This document shows, piece after piece, positions 1 to 10,267 of a DNA stretch of 64,000 bases (within the stretch, counting starts at the first letter, position 1; every line of letters starts with the position of its first letter). The position numbers and the translations under genes are program-made. Under the pieces are notes generated by a model, which did no database searches, was not told the DNA's origin, and saw only the letters and a program-made list of their open reading frames with translations. Source of the DNA: a bacterium (lineage in GTDB: Bacteria > Krumholzibacteriota > Krumholzibacteriia > LZORAL124-64-63); the NCBI GenBank assembly GCA_031441465.1, contig JANOEP010000010.1:167986-231985 (forward strand). Direction: 5' to 3'.

Positions 1-1334
1 CGCGAGGGGCAGCACCACCGGTTCCCGGCGGCACCAGTCGGGGCTGAACACGTCGAGCGTCCAGCCGAGATGGACCAGGCCCTGGGCCCGCCGGGCGCTG
101 CGCGCCTCCGCCGCCGACAGCCGGCCGGGCACGGCGGCGAAGGGGCCGGCCGCGACGGCGGCTTCGCCCGCCGTGCCGATCGCGCAGAACGGCGTGAGCC
201 GGCTGCCGGGCACGGCCCCGGGCGTCTCCACGGGCGCGGAGCGCCAGCCCACCGCCGACGAGGCGCCGTCGCCCGCGCCGACCACCGCAAGCAGCCAAGT
301 GACGTCGGCCACGTTGCCGGCTCGGTCCTCGACGCGCAGGCGCACGACGTGGTCGCCGGGGGTCAGGACCTCGGGATCGCGCGACCACTCCCCGCCCCGG
401 CGACCGGCGAGGCCGTTGCCGTCGCGGCGCAGCAGCCAGCGCTCGCGGCCCTCCGGCAGCTGGAGCCACTCCAAGCGCATGAAGCTCTGGGTCGTCAGGT
501 CGAAGACGTCGTTGCGCGCCTCGTGGACCAGCGTGTCGTCCAGGGTCACCGTCAGACGCCAGGGCTCCAGACGGTGGCCGGCGAGGTCGGCCGTCTCGTT
601 GACGCGGGCCGTGAAGGCGACGGGACCGTCGACCGTCAACGGCGGCAGCGTCCCGCGCAGCGGCGCGCCCGTCTCGTGCAGGCGCGCCCCGGCCGAGCCG
701 GCGACGCGCACGCCCGGCGCCGCGGGCAAGCAGCGCACGGCCAGGATCGAGGGGGGGATCGTGTCGGGCGGCGCGAAGCCCCAAGCCAGGGGATCCAGGG
801 GCAGGTTGCCGGCGTCGCGCACCTCGAAGTGCAGGTGCGGCCCCAGCGTGCCGCTCTGGCCGGACAGGGCCAGCACCTCGCCGCGCCGCACGCGGTGGCC
901 GTCCGGCGTCAGCGCGAGGTCGGCCTCGCTGGCGCCGCGCCGCCGCAGGTCGGCGCGCACCAATTCGCGCCAGGGGTCGGCGAGGCGCTCGAGGTGGGCG
1001 TAGACGTAGGTCCGGCCCGAATCACCGTGCAGGTAGACGACCCAGCCGTAGCCGAAGGGCGCCACGCGCAGCCGACTGATCCAGCCGTCCTCGGCGGCGC
1101 GGACCGGCAGCCCGCAAAGGCCGCCGGTCTTGAGGTCGATCCCGGCGTGAAAACGGCCGAGGCGGTGTTCCATGAAGTTCGAGGTCAGGTAACGGGTCGG
1201 CAGGTCCAGGGGCCAGGCGGGGCCCGCCTCCGCCCCGGCCTGCGCCCGGGCCGGGCCGGGCGGACGCCGCCGACGGCGCAGAGCGCCGCGGCGAGCGCAG
1301 CGGCGAACAGTCGACGGGCCAGGGGACGGGACAT
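1..1334 (-). CDS. M23 family metallopeptidase with signal peptide; apparent frameshift at 1246-1260; runs off the left edge of the window
   Basis: Manual translation: GGAGG RBS, then ATG at 1334 (MSRPLARRLFAAALAAALCAVGG). A shifted frame gives WPLDLPTRYLTSNFMEHRLGRFHAGIDL...YAHL...GPHLHFEVR, with the M23 HxxxD and HxH motifs. Confidence 0.85.
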
Positions 1335-1527
1335 CTCCACCTCCGGGTGCGGGCCGGAACGGTAGCAGCGGCCGGCGGCGATGTCCAGCAAACGCCTTTT
1401 TCCTGGCCCGTTGGGACCAGCCGTGCTAGATTTCCCAGTTCGTGCCAACCTGACGCACCGCCCCGTTCCGCGAGGCCGGACGTCGGGGCGTGCCGCACAC
1501 CGTCGTTCCGATACCAGGAGATCCACG

Positions 1528-3333
1528 ATGTTCCAGCTTCTGCGGTCCCGGGCGAAGTTCTTCTACTGGATCATCGCCATCAGCTTCATCCTCTTCACCT
1601 TCGTGGTGTGGGGCGCCCAGTGCAACGACACGAACATGGGCGGCGGCTCCGCGCCGCAGGTGCTGGGTAAGATCAACGGCGAGAAGATTTCCGTCAGCGA
1701 GTGGGACGATGCGTACCGCGGGTACCTCGCCCAGATGCGCCAGCAGTACGGCGGCGCCGCGCTGACCGCGAACCAGGAAGCCGTCGCCGCGGAGACCGTC
1801 TGGCAGTCGATGCTGCGCTTCAAGCTGGCCAACCTGGAAATCGAGGAGCGCGGTCTCGGTCTGAGCGACAAGGCGCTCGAGGACCTGATCTGGAACGACC
1901 CCCCGATGGAGCTGCGCGCCCAGTTCACCGACAGCACGGGCGTGTTCAACCAGGCGGCCTACCGGCAGGCCCTGGAGGATCCGAACTTCAACCTGGACGG
2001 CCTGCGCAACTACCTGCGCACGGCGATCCCCCAGCAGCGGCTGATGACGGCCCTCGCCGCCGACGCCACCGTCAGCGAGGCGGAGCTGCGCGAGGAATTC
2101 ACCCGCCAGTCGGGCCGCGCCGTCGCCGAGTACGTCGGCGTCACGCTGAGCGACCTGACGCTGCCCGTCCCGCCCACCGACGCGGAGATCGCGGCCTACT
2201 ACGCCGCCCATCCCGACGAATTCGAGGAGCCGAAGCGGGTCAACGTCCAGCTCGTGCAACTGCCGATCGCGCCCAGCGAGGCGGACGAGACGGAAGTCCT
2301 GACCATGGCCGGCGAGGTGCGCCAGGAGATCCTCTCCGGGGAGATCGATTTCGCCCGCGCGGCCGCGCTCTACTCCGAAGACGAAGGCTCGAAGGCCAAC
2401 GGCGGCGACCTGGGCAACTTCGACCGCGGCCGCATGGTCCCGGAGTTCGCCAACGCCGCCTTCGCCCTGCCCATCGGCGAGATCAGCGCGCCGGTCAAGA
2501 CCCAGTTCGGCTACCACCTGATCGAGGTGCTGGCGCACGTGCGCGACGGCGGCGCGACGGACCAGGTCCACGCGCGCCACATCCTGTTCAAGGTCACGCC
2601 CGGCGCCGACACCGCCGCCGGTCTCTACGAAAAGGCCGAAGCCTTCCGTCAGAACGCCCTCGACAAGGGATTCTCCGCGGCCGCCACCACGGCCGGCCTG
2701 TCCGTGCAGACGCCGCAGCCGTGCCGCGAGGGCCGCGACATCCCCGGCTACCAGAACACCGTGTCGGGCACGCAGTTCGCCTTCTCGTCGAAGCCTGGCG
2801 AGGTCAGCCGCGTCCTGGGCGGGGAGGATTCCTACTACGTGGTCGCGAACGTCGGGATCCTGCCGGCCGGGCCCGCGGCGCTGGCGGATGTCCAGCCGCA
2901 GATCGTCGTCAAGGTCACCCGCGAGAAGAAGCTGATCCTGGCCGATGCGAAGCTCACGCCGGCCGTGGCCGCCCTGAACGGCGGGCGCACCTTCGCCCAG
3001 GTCGCCGCCGAGCACGGACTCACCCACGCCGTGACCGACACCTTCACCGCCTCGGGCAACGTGATCGGGATCGGCTACAACACGGACTTCAACAAGGCGG
3101 CTTTCGCCAACCCGATCGGGTCGCTGGTGCCCCGCGTGGACACGAACCGCGGCCTGTACGCCCTGCGCGTGCTGTGGCGCACGGCCTTCGACGAGATGGG
3201 CTTCCTGTCACAGCGCCCCACGCTCGAGCAGAACGTGCTCGGGCGCAAGCAGCAGGAAGTCATCGACGCTTGGTACAAGGAACGGCTGGAGAAGGCCAAG
3301 ATCGAGGACAACCGGTCGGCGCTGCTGAACTGA
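1528..3333 (+). CDS. SurA/PpiD-like membrane-anchored peptidyl-prolyl isomerase
   Basis: N-terminal TM (FFYWIIAISFILFTFVVWG), SurA_N-like region, parvulin motif GGDLGNFDRGRMVPEF...KTQFGYHLI; AGGAG RBS. Confidence 0.9.
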   Translation: MFQLLRSRAKFFYWIIAISFILFTFVVWGAQCNDTNMGGGSAPQVLGKINGEKISVSEWDDAYRGYLAQMRQQYGGAALTANQEAVAAETVWQSMLRFKLANLEIEERGLGLSDKALEDLIWNDPPMELRAQFTDSTGVFNQAAYRQALEDPNFNLDGLRNYLRTAIPQQRLMTALAADATVSEAELREEFTRQSGRAVAEYVGVTLSDLTLPVPPTDAEIAAYYAAHPDEFEEPKRVNVQLVQLPIAPSEADETEVLTMAGEVRQEILSGEIDFARAAALYSEDEGSKANGGDLGNFDRGRMVPEFANAAFALPIGEISAPVKTQFGYHLIEVLAHVRDGGATDQVHARHILFKVTPGADTAAGLYEKAEAFRQNALDKGFSAAATTAGLSVQTPQPCREGRDIPGYQNTVSGTQFAFSSKPGEVSRVLGGEDSYYVVANVGILPAGPAALADVQPQIVVKVTREKKLILADAKLTPAVAALNGGRTFAQVAAEHGLTHAVTDTFTASGNVIGIGYNTDFNKAAFANPIGSLVPRVDTNRGLYALRVLWRTAFDEMGFLSQRPTLEQNVLGRKQQEVIDAWYKERLEKAKIEDNRSALLN

Positions 3334-3357
3334 CGCCCGCTCCGGAACCGACCACAC

Positions 3358-3398
3358 GAAGGGCCCCGGTCGCCGCTGCCAGGCGACCGGGGCCCTTC
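3358..3398. terminator. Hairpin between convergent genes (likely bidirectional terminator)
   Basis: GAAGGGCCCCGGTCGCC-N7-GGCGACCGGGGCCCTTC, a perfect 17-bp stem. Confidence 0.8.
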
Positions 3399-3417
3399 TG
3401 CGTGTTCGCGGCAGGAA

Positions 3418-3849
3418 TCAGCCGTCGTCGAAGGGGTTGCGGGGCTTGCCGCGTTCGAATTTCAGCAGCCCCTCGCCCATCCCCTTGAGCTTCTCCTGCT
3501 GCTTGCGGTCGTGGTCGCCGTCCGCGAACAGGCGGCTCATCCTTTCGGCCTCTTCGCGCTTGCGCTGTTCGAACTCGGCCAGGGCCTCGCTCATGGCGCT
3601 CCCCTGCTCCTGGTCGAGCTGCTCGAGCAGCAGGTGGTCCCTGATCTCCAGGTGGTTCTCGTAGGCGCTGGCCACCAGGTGCAGGATGCCCAGTTCGTGC
3701 AGGGCCGACACCTTCAGGCGCAGAGCCTCCGGCGCCCAGCCCAGCAGCTCGGCGGTCTGCTCCGGTGTCGGCGAGCCGCCGTTGAGGTGGGACAGCACGC
3801 GGACGGCCGCCACCACCAGATGTCCTTCGTCACGGGTCACATGAGCCAC
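3418..3849 (-). CDS. Hypothetical protein, probable winged-helix plus coiled coil
   Basis: GGAGGA RBS, GTG start; SPTPEQTAELLGWAPEALRLKVSALHELGIL resembles a wHTH; charged helical C-terminus. Confidence 0.7.
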   Translation of the reverse strand: MAHVTRDEGHLVVAAVRVLSHLNGGSPTPEQTAELLGWAPEALRLKVSALHELGILHLVASAYENHLEIRDHLLLEQLDQEQGSAMSEALAEFEQRKREEAERMSRLFADGDHDRKQQEKLKGMGEGLLKFERGKPRNPFDDG

Positions 3850-3949
3850 GGCGTCCTCCCGTCCGTTTGTCCGCCGCCATGATGACGCCGCCACCCGCCC
3901 CGCGCAACCCTGTCGTCGCCTGCGGCCGGGATCCATCGCCGAACCGGGC

Positions 3950-5125
3950 TCAATCAACGAGTCGGGCGCGCAGCCGCGCCGCGCGGTGCTCGTCGCCCAG
4001 CTCCTGCGCGTGCGCCAGCGCCCGGCGGGGGTCGCGCAGCCGGTGTTCGTAGAGGATCGCCGCCTCGAGGTGGGCCCAGGGCGAGGGGCCGTGCCGCTGC
4101 GCGCACTCCGCCAGCAGCGTGCCGACGCGCTCCCAGTCGCGCACCCGCTTGAGGATCCGGACGGCGTCCGCGTAGAAGCGCGGCGGCGCCTCCTGCCGCG
4201 CCGCGTCGGGCAGCGCGGCGACGATCCAGGCCGCGGCGGCGGACCGCGCCTCCAGCGGCGCGTCGGCCCGGCGTTCGCAGAGCCGCGCCAGGGACCAGGC
4301 GTCCTGCCAGGGCAGCGGCCCGGAAGGTGGTCCGGAGAGCGGCGCGTCCAGCAGGCGGGAACGCACGATGGCCGCATCGAGGATCGCGGCCATGCCCTGC
4401 AGGTCCCAGAGGTTGTGCTCGCAGACCTCGCGCAGGGTCCCGGTCTCGCCGTGGCGCACGAAGTTCCACCAGGCGGCCGGGATCAGATGGCCGGGGATGT
4501 CGTCCGCACCGCGGTGGGTGCAGCCGGCCTCGTTCTCGACGGTCGCCTGTCGGCAATCCGGCAGCCGGCGGCCCCAGAGGCGGCGCGCGACCGGCAGGAG
4601 ATCCAGGCCGGCGAGACCGTCCAGCATCCCGCGCCGCCGGCAGAGGATGCCGCGGGTGCGCAGCAGCGGCAGGTCGAAGGTCTGGCCGTTGTAGGTCACC
4701 ACCACCGCGAAGCGGGCCGCGAGTTCCGCCAGACTCCCGAGCAGCGCATCCTCGGCCGACGGCGAGGTCAGCAGGTACTGCCGGACGCGCAGCCCGTCCC
4801 CGTCCCACCAGGCGGTCCCCACGAGGAAGGCCAAGGTGCCCGTGCCGCCGGCCAGTCCGGTGGTCTCGGTGTCCAGCAGCAGGATGCCGTCGGCGGGGAC
4901 GTCCGCCGGGACCGGCGCGGTCAGGACCCGGGTCAACGGCGCGAGGGAGCGGGGGGACGCGATCCGGACCAGGGCCGAACGCAGGCAGACGGGGCCCGCG
5001 GCCGAAGCTACCGTCACAAAACCCATCGCCGCCAGGGCCGCCTCGTCGGGCGGGGTCGGGGCGCGGCCGTCGTCGCGGGGCTTGTTCAGGGGCTCGAAGC
5101 GGGCCAGACGACTGCGCAGGTCCAC
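3950..5125 (-). CDS. mrfB: RNase H-like (DEDDh) exonuclease with C-terminal TPR, YprB/MrfB-like
   Basis: LDTETTGL, YNGQTFDLP and HNLWDL motifs; adjacent to the DUF1998 helicase. Confidence 0.8.
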   Translation of the reverse strand: MDLRSRLARFEPLNKPRDDGRAPTPPDEAALAAMGFVTVASAAGPVCLRSALVRIASPRSLAPLTRVLTAPVPADVPADGILLLDTETTGLAGGTGTLAFLVGTAWWDGDGLRVRQYLLTSPSAEDALLGSLAELAARFAVVVTYNGQTFDLPLLRTRGILCRRRGMLDGLAGLDLLPVARRLWGRRLPDCRQATVENEAGCTHRGADDIPGHLIPAAWWNFVRHGETGTLREVCEHNLWDLQGMAAILDAAIVRSRLLDAPLSGPPSGPLPWQDAWSLARLCERRADAPLEARSAAAAWIVAALPDAARQEAPPRFYADAVRILKRVRDWERVGTLLAECAQRHGPSPWAHLEAAILYEHRLRDPRRALAHAQELGDEHRAARLRARLVD

Positions 5126-5126
5126 G

Positions 5127-7400
5127 TCAACCCGCCGGCGACGCCGCGGCCAGCAGGCGGCGGGCGCCCTCGCGCGCGGTGGCGCCCGCATCGGCCGGCA
5201 CGCCGACGCAGGCCGGGCAGCCGTGACCGCACGTGCAGCGCTCGAGGTGGCGCAGGGCGCCGGCCGTGATCTCGTCCAGCTGCAGGAAGATGCGGCGGGC
5301 GTAGCCGACGCCGCCGGGGTAGGCGTCGTAGAGGTAGAGGGTCGGGCGGTCGGTGAACGGCGACTTGACCATCGGCAGGGCGTGGATGTCCGACGGGTCG
5401 GCCATGATGAACGCCGGCGCGACGCGCCCGAGCAGGTGGGCCAGCCCTTTCAGGGCGTCGCCCAGGTCCAGGCGGGACGCCGCCAGCCAGGCGTGCGCGT
5501 CCGCGGGCAGCTCCCACCAGAAACTCGTGGTGTGCAGTTCCATCTCCGGCAGGTGCACCCGTCCGGCACCCACGTTCTCGTGGGTGCCCAGCTTGATCTT
5601 CTTGTAGACCGTGACCTTGCTCACCAGCCCGATCTCCCCGAGCCCCTTACGCCCGTAGGGCGCGTCCAGCGATTCGTCGTCGGTGAGCGTCCGCAGCTCG
5701 GTCTTGCGCTGGGCGTCGGTGTAGTAGTCGACCTGGACGGGCTTGACGTAGGCCTTGCGCCGCTCCCAGTCCAGCTTGTCGACGTGGTACTGGCGCCCGC
5801 CGTGGATGTAGACGGCCTCGTCGTGGAGCATCTCCTGGGCCCCGAACAGGTCCATCTCGCCGATGACCAGGCCGCGGGGCTGGTCGGTGTCGATGATGAC
5901 GACGTTCTCGGGCGCGGCGCTGCGCAGGCTGACGTCCTCGGCGGGGTACGTCTCGGCCATCCAGTGGTAACGGGAGGCGTCGCGGTGCAGGACCCCCTGC
6001 TCGGCGAGGTAGTCGAGGATCTCGCCGACGTCGCGCCCGCCGAACTGCTCGCCCGCGTCGAAGGGCAGCTCGAAGGCCGCGCACTTGAGGTGACTGACCA
6101 GGATCACGAGGTTGTCGGGGTCGACCGCCGCGCTCTCGGGGGCGCGGGCGAAGAACCACTCGGGATTGGCCACGACGTACTGGTCCAGGGGGCTGCTGGT
6201 GGCCACCAGCACGGCCACCGAGAGGTTCCGGCTGCGCCCGGCGCGGCCCGCCTGCTGCCAGGTGCTGGCCACCGTACCGGCGTAGCCGCACATGACGCAC
6301 ACGTCGAGCCGGCCGATGTCGATGCCGAGTTCCAGCGCGTTGGTGCTGACGACCGCCCGGACCGTCCCGTCGCGCAGCCCCTGCTCGATGGCGCGCCGCT
6401 CGGTGGGCAGGTAGCCGCCGCGGTAGCCGCGCACCTCGCCGCTGCGGATGCCGGTGCGCCGGCCCGCCCGCGCCAGGTAGGTCAGCAGCAGCTCGACGCG
6501 CGTGCGGGAGCGCGCGAACACGATCATCTGGGCGTCGGCGGCCAGGAAGCGCTCGGCCAGCGCGCGGGTCTCCTTGACCGCCGAGCGGCGGATCCCCAGT
6601 TCGCGGTTGACCACCGGCGGGTTGTAGAAGATGACGTGCTTCTCCCCCTGCGGCGCGCCGTTGTCGTCGATGACGCGCACCGGGCCGCCGGCCAGCTGGG
6701 CCGCCAGTTCGCCGGGGTTGGCGATCGTCGCCGAGCAGCCGATGAACAGCGGGTCGGCGCCGTAGAAACGGGCGATGCGCCGCAGCCGGCGCAGCACGTT
6801 CGCCACGTGGCTGCCGAACACGCCGCGGTAGTGGTGGACCTCGTCCACGACCACGTAGCGCAGGTTCTCGAAGAGCTTGACCCACAGGGTGTGGTGCGGC
6901 AGGACGCCCTGGTGCAGCATGTCCGGGTTGGTGATCACGATGTGGCCGCTGCTGCGGATCGCCCGGCGCGCCGTCTCGGGTGTGTCGCCGTCGAAGGTGT
7001 AGGTCTTGATGTCCGCGCCGAGGTCCGTGATCACGCCGTGGACCTCGTGCATCTGGTCCTGGCTGAGCGCCTTGGTCGGGAACAGGTAGAGGGCCCGGGC
7101 CTGCGGGTCGCGCAGGATCGTGTCCAGCACCGGCAGGTTGTAGCACATCGTCTTGCCGGAGGCCGTGGGCGTGACCACGACGAAGGGCTCGCCGGCGGCG
7201 GCGGCCCGGACGGCTTCGGCCTGGTGGGTGTAGAGTTCGGAGATCCCGCGCTCCCGCAGCGTGGAGACCAGCCGCGGGTGCAGGCTGTCGGGGAAGTCGG
7301 CGGTGCGCGCTTCCCGCGGCGGCAGCACTTCCCACCGGGTGACGTTGTCCAGGAAGGTCGCGTCGGCGCGGAGCCGGTCGAGCAGCTGCGCCAGGTTCAC
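5127..7400 (-). CDS. mrfA: DEAD/DEAH-box helicase with DUF1998, YprA/MrfA-like
   Basis: TPTASGKT, DEVH, SATIANP, QQAGRAGR, YDAYPGGVG and C-terminal CTCGHGCPAC. Confidence 0.9.
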   Translation of the reverse strand: MNLAQLLDRLRADATFLDNVTRWEVLPPREARTADFPDSLHPRLVSTLRERGISELYTHQAEAVRAAAAGEPFVVVTPTASGKTMCYNLPVLDTILRDPQARALYLFPTKALSQDQMHEVHGVITDLGADIKTYTFDGDTPETARRAIRSSGHIVITNPDMLHQGVLPHHTLWVKLFENLRYVVVDEVHHYRGVFGSHVANVLRRLRRIARFYGADPLFIGCSATIANPGELAAQLAGGPVRVIDDNGAPQGEKHVIFYNPPVVNRELGIRRSAVKETRALAERFLAADAQMIVFARSRTRVELLLTYLARAGRRTGIRSGEVRGYRGGYLPTERRAIEQGLRDGTVRAVVSTNALELGIDIGRLDVCVMCGYAGTVASTWQQAGRAGRSRNLSVAVLVATSSPLDQYVVANPEWFFARAPESAAVDPDNLVILVSHLKCAAFELPFDAGEQFGGRDVGEILDYLAEQGVLHRDASRYHWMAETYPAEDVSLRSAAPENVVIIDTDQPRGLVIGEMDLFGAQEMLHDEAVYIHGGRQYHVDKLDWERRKAYVKPVQVDYYTDAQRKTELRTLTDDESLDAPYGRKGLGEIGLVSKVTVYKKIKLGTHENVGAGRVHLPEMELHTTSFWWELPADAHAWLAASRLDLGDALKGLAHLLGRVAPAFIMADPSDIHALPMVKSPFTDRPTLYLYDAYPGGVGYARRIFLQLDEITAGALRHLERCTCGHGCPACVGVPADAGATAREGARRLLAAASPAG

Positions 7401-7474
7401 GGCGTCCGCCGATCCGCGCCGCCTGCCGGTTGCCTCATCACGACGGTTGCCTCCGGAGCGCGGGCGACGGCCGG

Positions 7475-7741
7475 TCAGCTGTCCTTGGGCGGCGAACCGG
7501 CGTCGCCGGTGTCGGCGCGCGGTGGGTCGCTGCGGGCGGTGTCGGTGCGGGCGACGTCGATCTCGCGCTTGACCTCGTCCTTGGCGTCCTGGGTCGCGCG
7601 GCGGAACTTCTTGACGGAGGAACCGAGCGCCTCGGCGATCTCGGGCAGGCGTTTCGGCCCGAAGACCATCAGGACGACGAACGCGATGATCAGCAGCTCG
7701 CCCCAGCCGACGCCGCCGAAGACGGCGAGAAACGGTGCCAT
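7475..7741 (-). CDS. tatA: Twin-arginine translocase TatA/TatE subunit
   Basis: GWGELLIIAFVVLMVFGPKRLPEIAEALGSSVKKFR. Confidence 0.9.
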   Translation of the reverse strand: MAPFLAVFGGVGWGELLIIAFVVLMVFGPKRLPEIAEALGSSVKKFRRATQDAKDEVKREIDVARTDTARSDPPRADTGDAGSPPKDS

Positions 7742-7759
7742 GTCCCACCCTCCGATCGG

Positions 7760-8023
7760 TCAGCGGTACCAGCGCAGGATCTGCGAGGCCACGAACACGC
7801 CGACCAGGCTCATGAAGTTGAAGTGCAGCTTGAAGCCGAAGGCGATCTCCAGGATCACCAGGTCCCACTGGTTCAGCTCGGGTCCGAAATCGACCGAGCG
7901 CACGAACAACTGGTGGGCCACCGAGCCCTCTTCCAGGAACAGGCCGATGATCTCGCTGAAGATGGCGCCGATCAAGATACCCAGGAACAGGGTGAGCAGC
8001 ACCGTTCCCATGGACTTCCGCAT
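7760..8023 (-). CDS. Small two-TM membrane protein (DUF4321-like)
   Basis: Two hydrophobic segments and the DLVILEIAFGFKLHFNFMSLVG pattern. Confidence 0.7.
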   Translation of the reverse strand: MRKSMGTVLLTLFLGILIGAIFSEIIGLFLEEGSVAHQLFVRSVDFGPELNQWDLVILEIAFGFKLHFNFMSLVGVFVASQILRWYR

Positions 8024-8122
8024 CCGCACCCTCCCCTGACCCTGACGAATCCCCGCTGCGTGCGGTGCAATATACCCCGTCCACCCCGTGAAACCAACGG
8101 GAATCGCGCCGCGGCGCCCCGA

Positions 8123-8626
8123 CTAGAGCCCCGAGCCGCGCAGGGCTTCGGCCAGGGCGGGCCGCAGCTGGGCGTAGGTCTGGTCGAGGGTTTCGGGGAT
8201 CACCCGCGCGTCGCCGATGACGGTCATGAAGTTGGTGTCCGCCCGCCAGCGCGGCAGCAGGTGGACGTGGAAGTGCCCGGGGATGCCCGCGCCCGCCGCT
8301 GCGCCGCCGTTGTAGCCGGCGTTGACGCCGTGGGGCTGGTAGACCTCGCGCACCGCCCGTTCCGCGGCCGCGAGCAGGCGCGCCAGGTCGGTCACCGCCT
8401 CCGGGGCGCAGTCCGGCAACCCGCCGACGTGCTCGTTGCACACCAGCAGCAGGTGCCCGCCGTTGTAGGGGTAACGGTTGAGGATCGCGAACCAGTGCCG
8501 CGAGCGGTGCAGGATGTACTCCTGCTCGTCGCGACCGCCCTGGCAGGCGCAGAACACGCACTCCGACTCCCGGTGGTCGCCCTGCTTGACGTAGTCGAGG
8601 CGCCAGGGTGTGAACAGGCGGTCCAT
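8123..8626 (-). CDS. HIT family hydrolase
   Basis: LFTPWR, CVFC, LNRYPYNGGH, HFHVHLLPRW. Confidence 0.92.
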   Translation of the reverse strand: MDRLFTPWRLDYVKQGDHRESECVFCACQGGRDEQEYILHRSRHWFAILNRYPYNGGHLLLVCNEHVGGLPDCAPEAVTDLARLLAAAERAVREVYQPHGVNAGYNGGAAAGAGIPGHFHVHLLPRWRADTNFMTVIGDARVIPETLDQTYAQLRPALAEALRGSGL

Positions 8627-8641
8627 CGGTGCTCCCTCCGC

Positions 8642-9388
8642 TCAGCCGCGGCGGCGCAGCAGCGTCTCGGCCGCGGCCAGCTCGTCGACCGTGTTGATGC
8701 CGACCACCTCGTCGGGATCGTCCATGGCCACGGCCTGCACCGCGCGCCCGTCCGCCACCAGGTGGGCGATCGTGTCGGTGAGGTAGTACTCGGACTGGTC
8801 GTTGTCCGCCCGCAGCTTCGCGAGCGCCGCGAACAGATCCGGGGTCCGGAAGCAGAAGACGCCGGTGTTGTACTCCCCGATCGCCAGCTCGCCCGGCGTC
8901 GCGTCGCGGGCCTCCACGATGCGCAGCAGCCGCCCGGCGGGGTCCTTGACGATGCGGCCGTAGGCGCCGGCGTCCGCGACCACGCAGGTCAGCACCGAGG
9001 CGCTCGCCTGCGCGTCGACCGTCGCGGCGACCAGGCGCCGCAGGGTGGCGGGCCGCAGCAGAGGGACGTCGCCGGCCAGGACCAGGGTCCAGCCGTCGCC
9101 GGCGAGGCCGGGCACGGCGACCTGCACGGCGTGCCCCGTGCCGAGCTGCGGATCCTGCAGGGCGAAGCTCACGTCGGGCGCCCGGCAGGACTCCTCCACC
9201 AGTTCCGCCGCGTGGCCCACGACGACCACGGTGTGGGGCACGCCCGCGGCGCGCACCGCGCCCAGCACGTGGTCGAGCAGGGTGCGCCCGCCGATGCGGT
9301 GCAGCACCTTCGGCAGTTCGGATTTCATGCGGGTGCCCTTGCCGGCCGCCAGGACGACGGCCTGCAGGACGGGCGGGGTGTCGGTCAC
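8642..9388 (-). CDS. glmU: GlmU-like uridyltransferase (N-terminal domain only)
   Basis: LAAGKGTRMKSELPKVLH, QLGTGHAV, YGRIV, EYYLTD, GINT; stops before the hexapeptide acetyltransferase domain. Confidence 0.8.
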   Translation of the reverse strand: MTDTPPVLQAVVLAAGKGTRMKSELPKVLHRIGGRTLLDHVLGAVRAAGVPHTVVVVGHAAELVEESCRAPDVSFALQDPQLGTGHAVQVAVPGLAGDGWTLVLAGDVPLLRPATLRRLVAATVDAQASASVLTCVVADAGAYGRIVKDPAGRLLRIVEARDATPGELAIGEYNTGVFCFRTPDLFAALAKLRADNDQSEYYLTDTIAHLVADGRAVQAVAMDDPDEVVGINTVDELAAAETLLRRRG

Positions 9389-10263
9389 GGTTGTCCTCCT
9401 TCGAGCAGGGACGCCGCGCGCACCTCGTGCGGCCCGACGTCCAGGACCAGGTTGTCGATGAGCCGCGCCGGGCCGACCCGGGCGGCGATCGCGAGCAGCA
9501 GCCGCCCGTCGGCCCGCTCCGGGCGCGTCAGGTCGGGCACGCGCCGGACCTCGGCGTACTCCACGACGTCGGCCTCGGCGAGGTGCAGGGCCAGCATTTC
9601 CTCGAGCGCGTCGACGGCCCGCTCGCCGGCCTCCAGTTCGCGCCGTGCGGCCCGCAGGGCGCGCGACAGGCAAGCCGCGCGCCGGCGGTCGTCGCCTTCC
9701 AGGTAGCGGTTGCGCGACGACATGGCCAAGCCGTCGGTTTCGCGCAGGGTGGGCGCGTCGACGAGCCGCACCGGCACCGCGAGGTCGCGCACGACCTCGT
9801 CCAGCACCAGGCACTGCTGGGCGTCCTTGCGGCCGAACACCGCCACGGCGGGGCCCACCAGGTTCAGCAGCTTGACGACCACCGTCGCGACGCCGCAGAA
9901 GTGGCCGGGCCGGCGCGCGCCGCACAGGGCGTCCGCCCGGGGACCGGGCTCGACGGCCGCTCCGTCCGGGCCCGGGTACATCTCCGACACCGCGGGCGCG
10001 AAGACGGCGGCGGGATCCAGCGGGCGCAACAGTTCCAGGTCGTGTTCGAGGTCGCGGGGGTAGCGGGCGAAGTCCTCGCCCGGCGCGAATTGGGTCGGGT
10101 TGACGAAGATCGAGACGACGACCGGGCCGATCGCCGCCGCCCGCTCCACCAGGGACAGATGACCCGCGTGCAGGGCGCCCATGGTGGGCACCAGCACCAG
10201 CCGGCCGGTGGACCTCAGGGGTGCGAGTCGCGCGAGGTCGGCCCGGGTGTGCAGCAGTTCCAC
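9385..10263 (-). CDS. panC: Pantoate--beta-alanine ligase
   Basis: VPTMGALHAGH, SIFVNPTQF, RPGHF, FGRKDAQQ, GLAMSSRN, RLIDN. Confidence 0.95.
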   Translation of the reverse strand: MELLHTRADLARLAPLRSTGRLVLVPTMGALHAGHLSLVERAAAIGPVVVSIFVNPTQFAPGEDFARYPRDLEHDLELLRPLDPAAVFAPAVSEMYPGPDGAAVEPGPRADALCGARRPGHFCGVATVVVKLLNLVGPAVAVFGRKDAQQCLVLDEVVRDLAVPVRLVDAPTLRETDGLAMSSRNRYLEGDDRRRAACLSRALRAARRELEAGERAVDALEEMLALHLAEADVVEYAEVRRVPDLTRPERADGRLLLAIAARVGPARLIDNLVLDVGPHEVRAASLLEGGQP

Positions 10264-10267
10264 GCCC

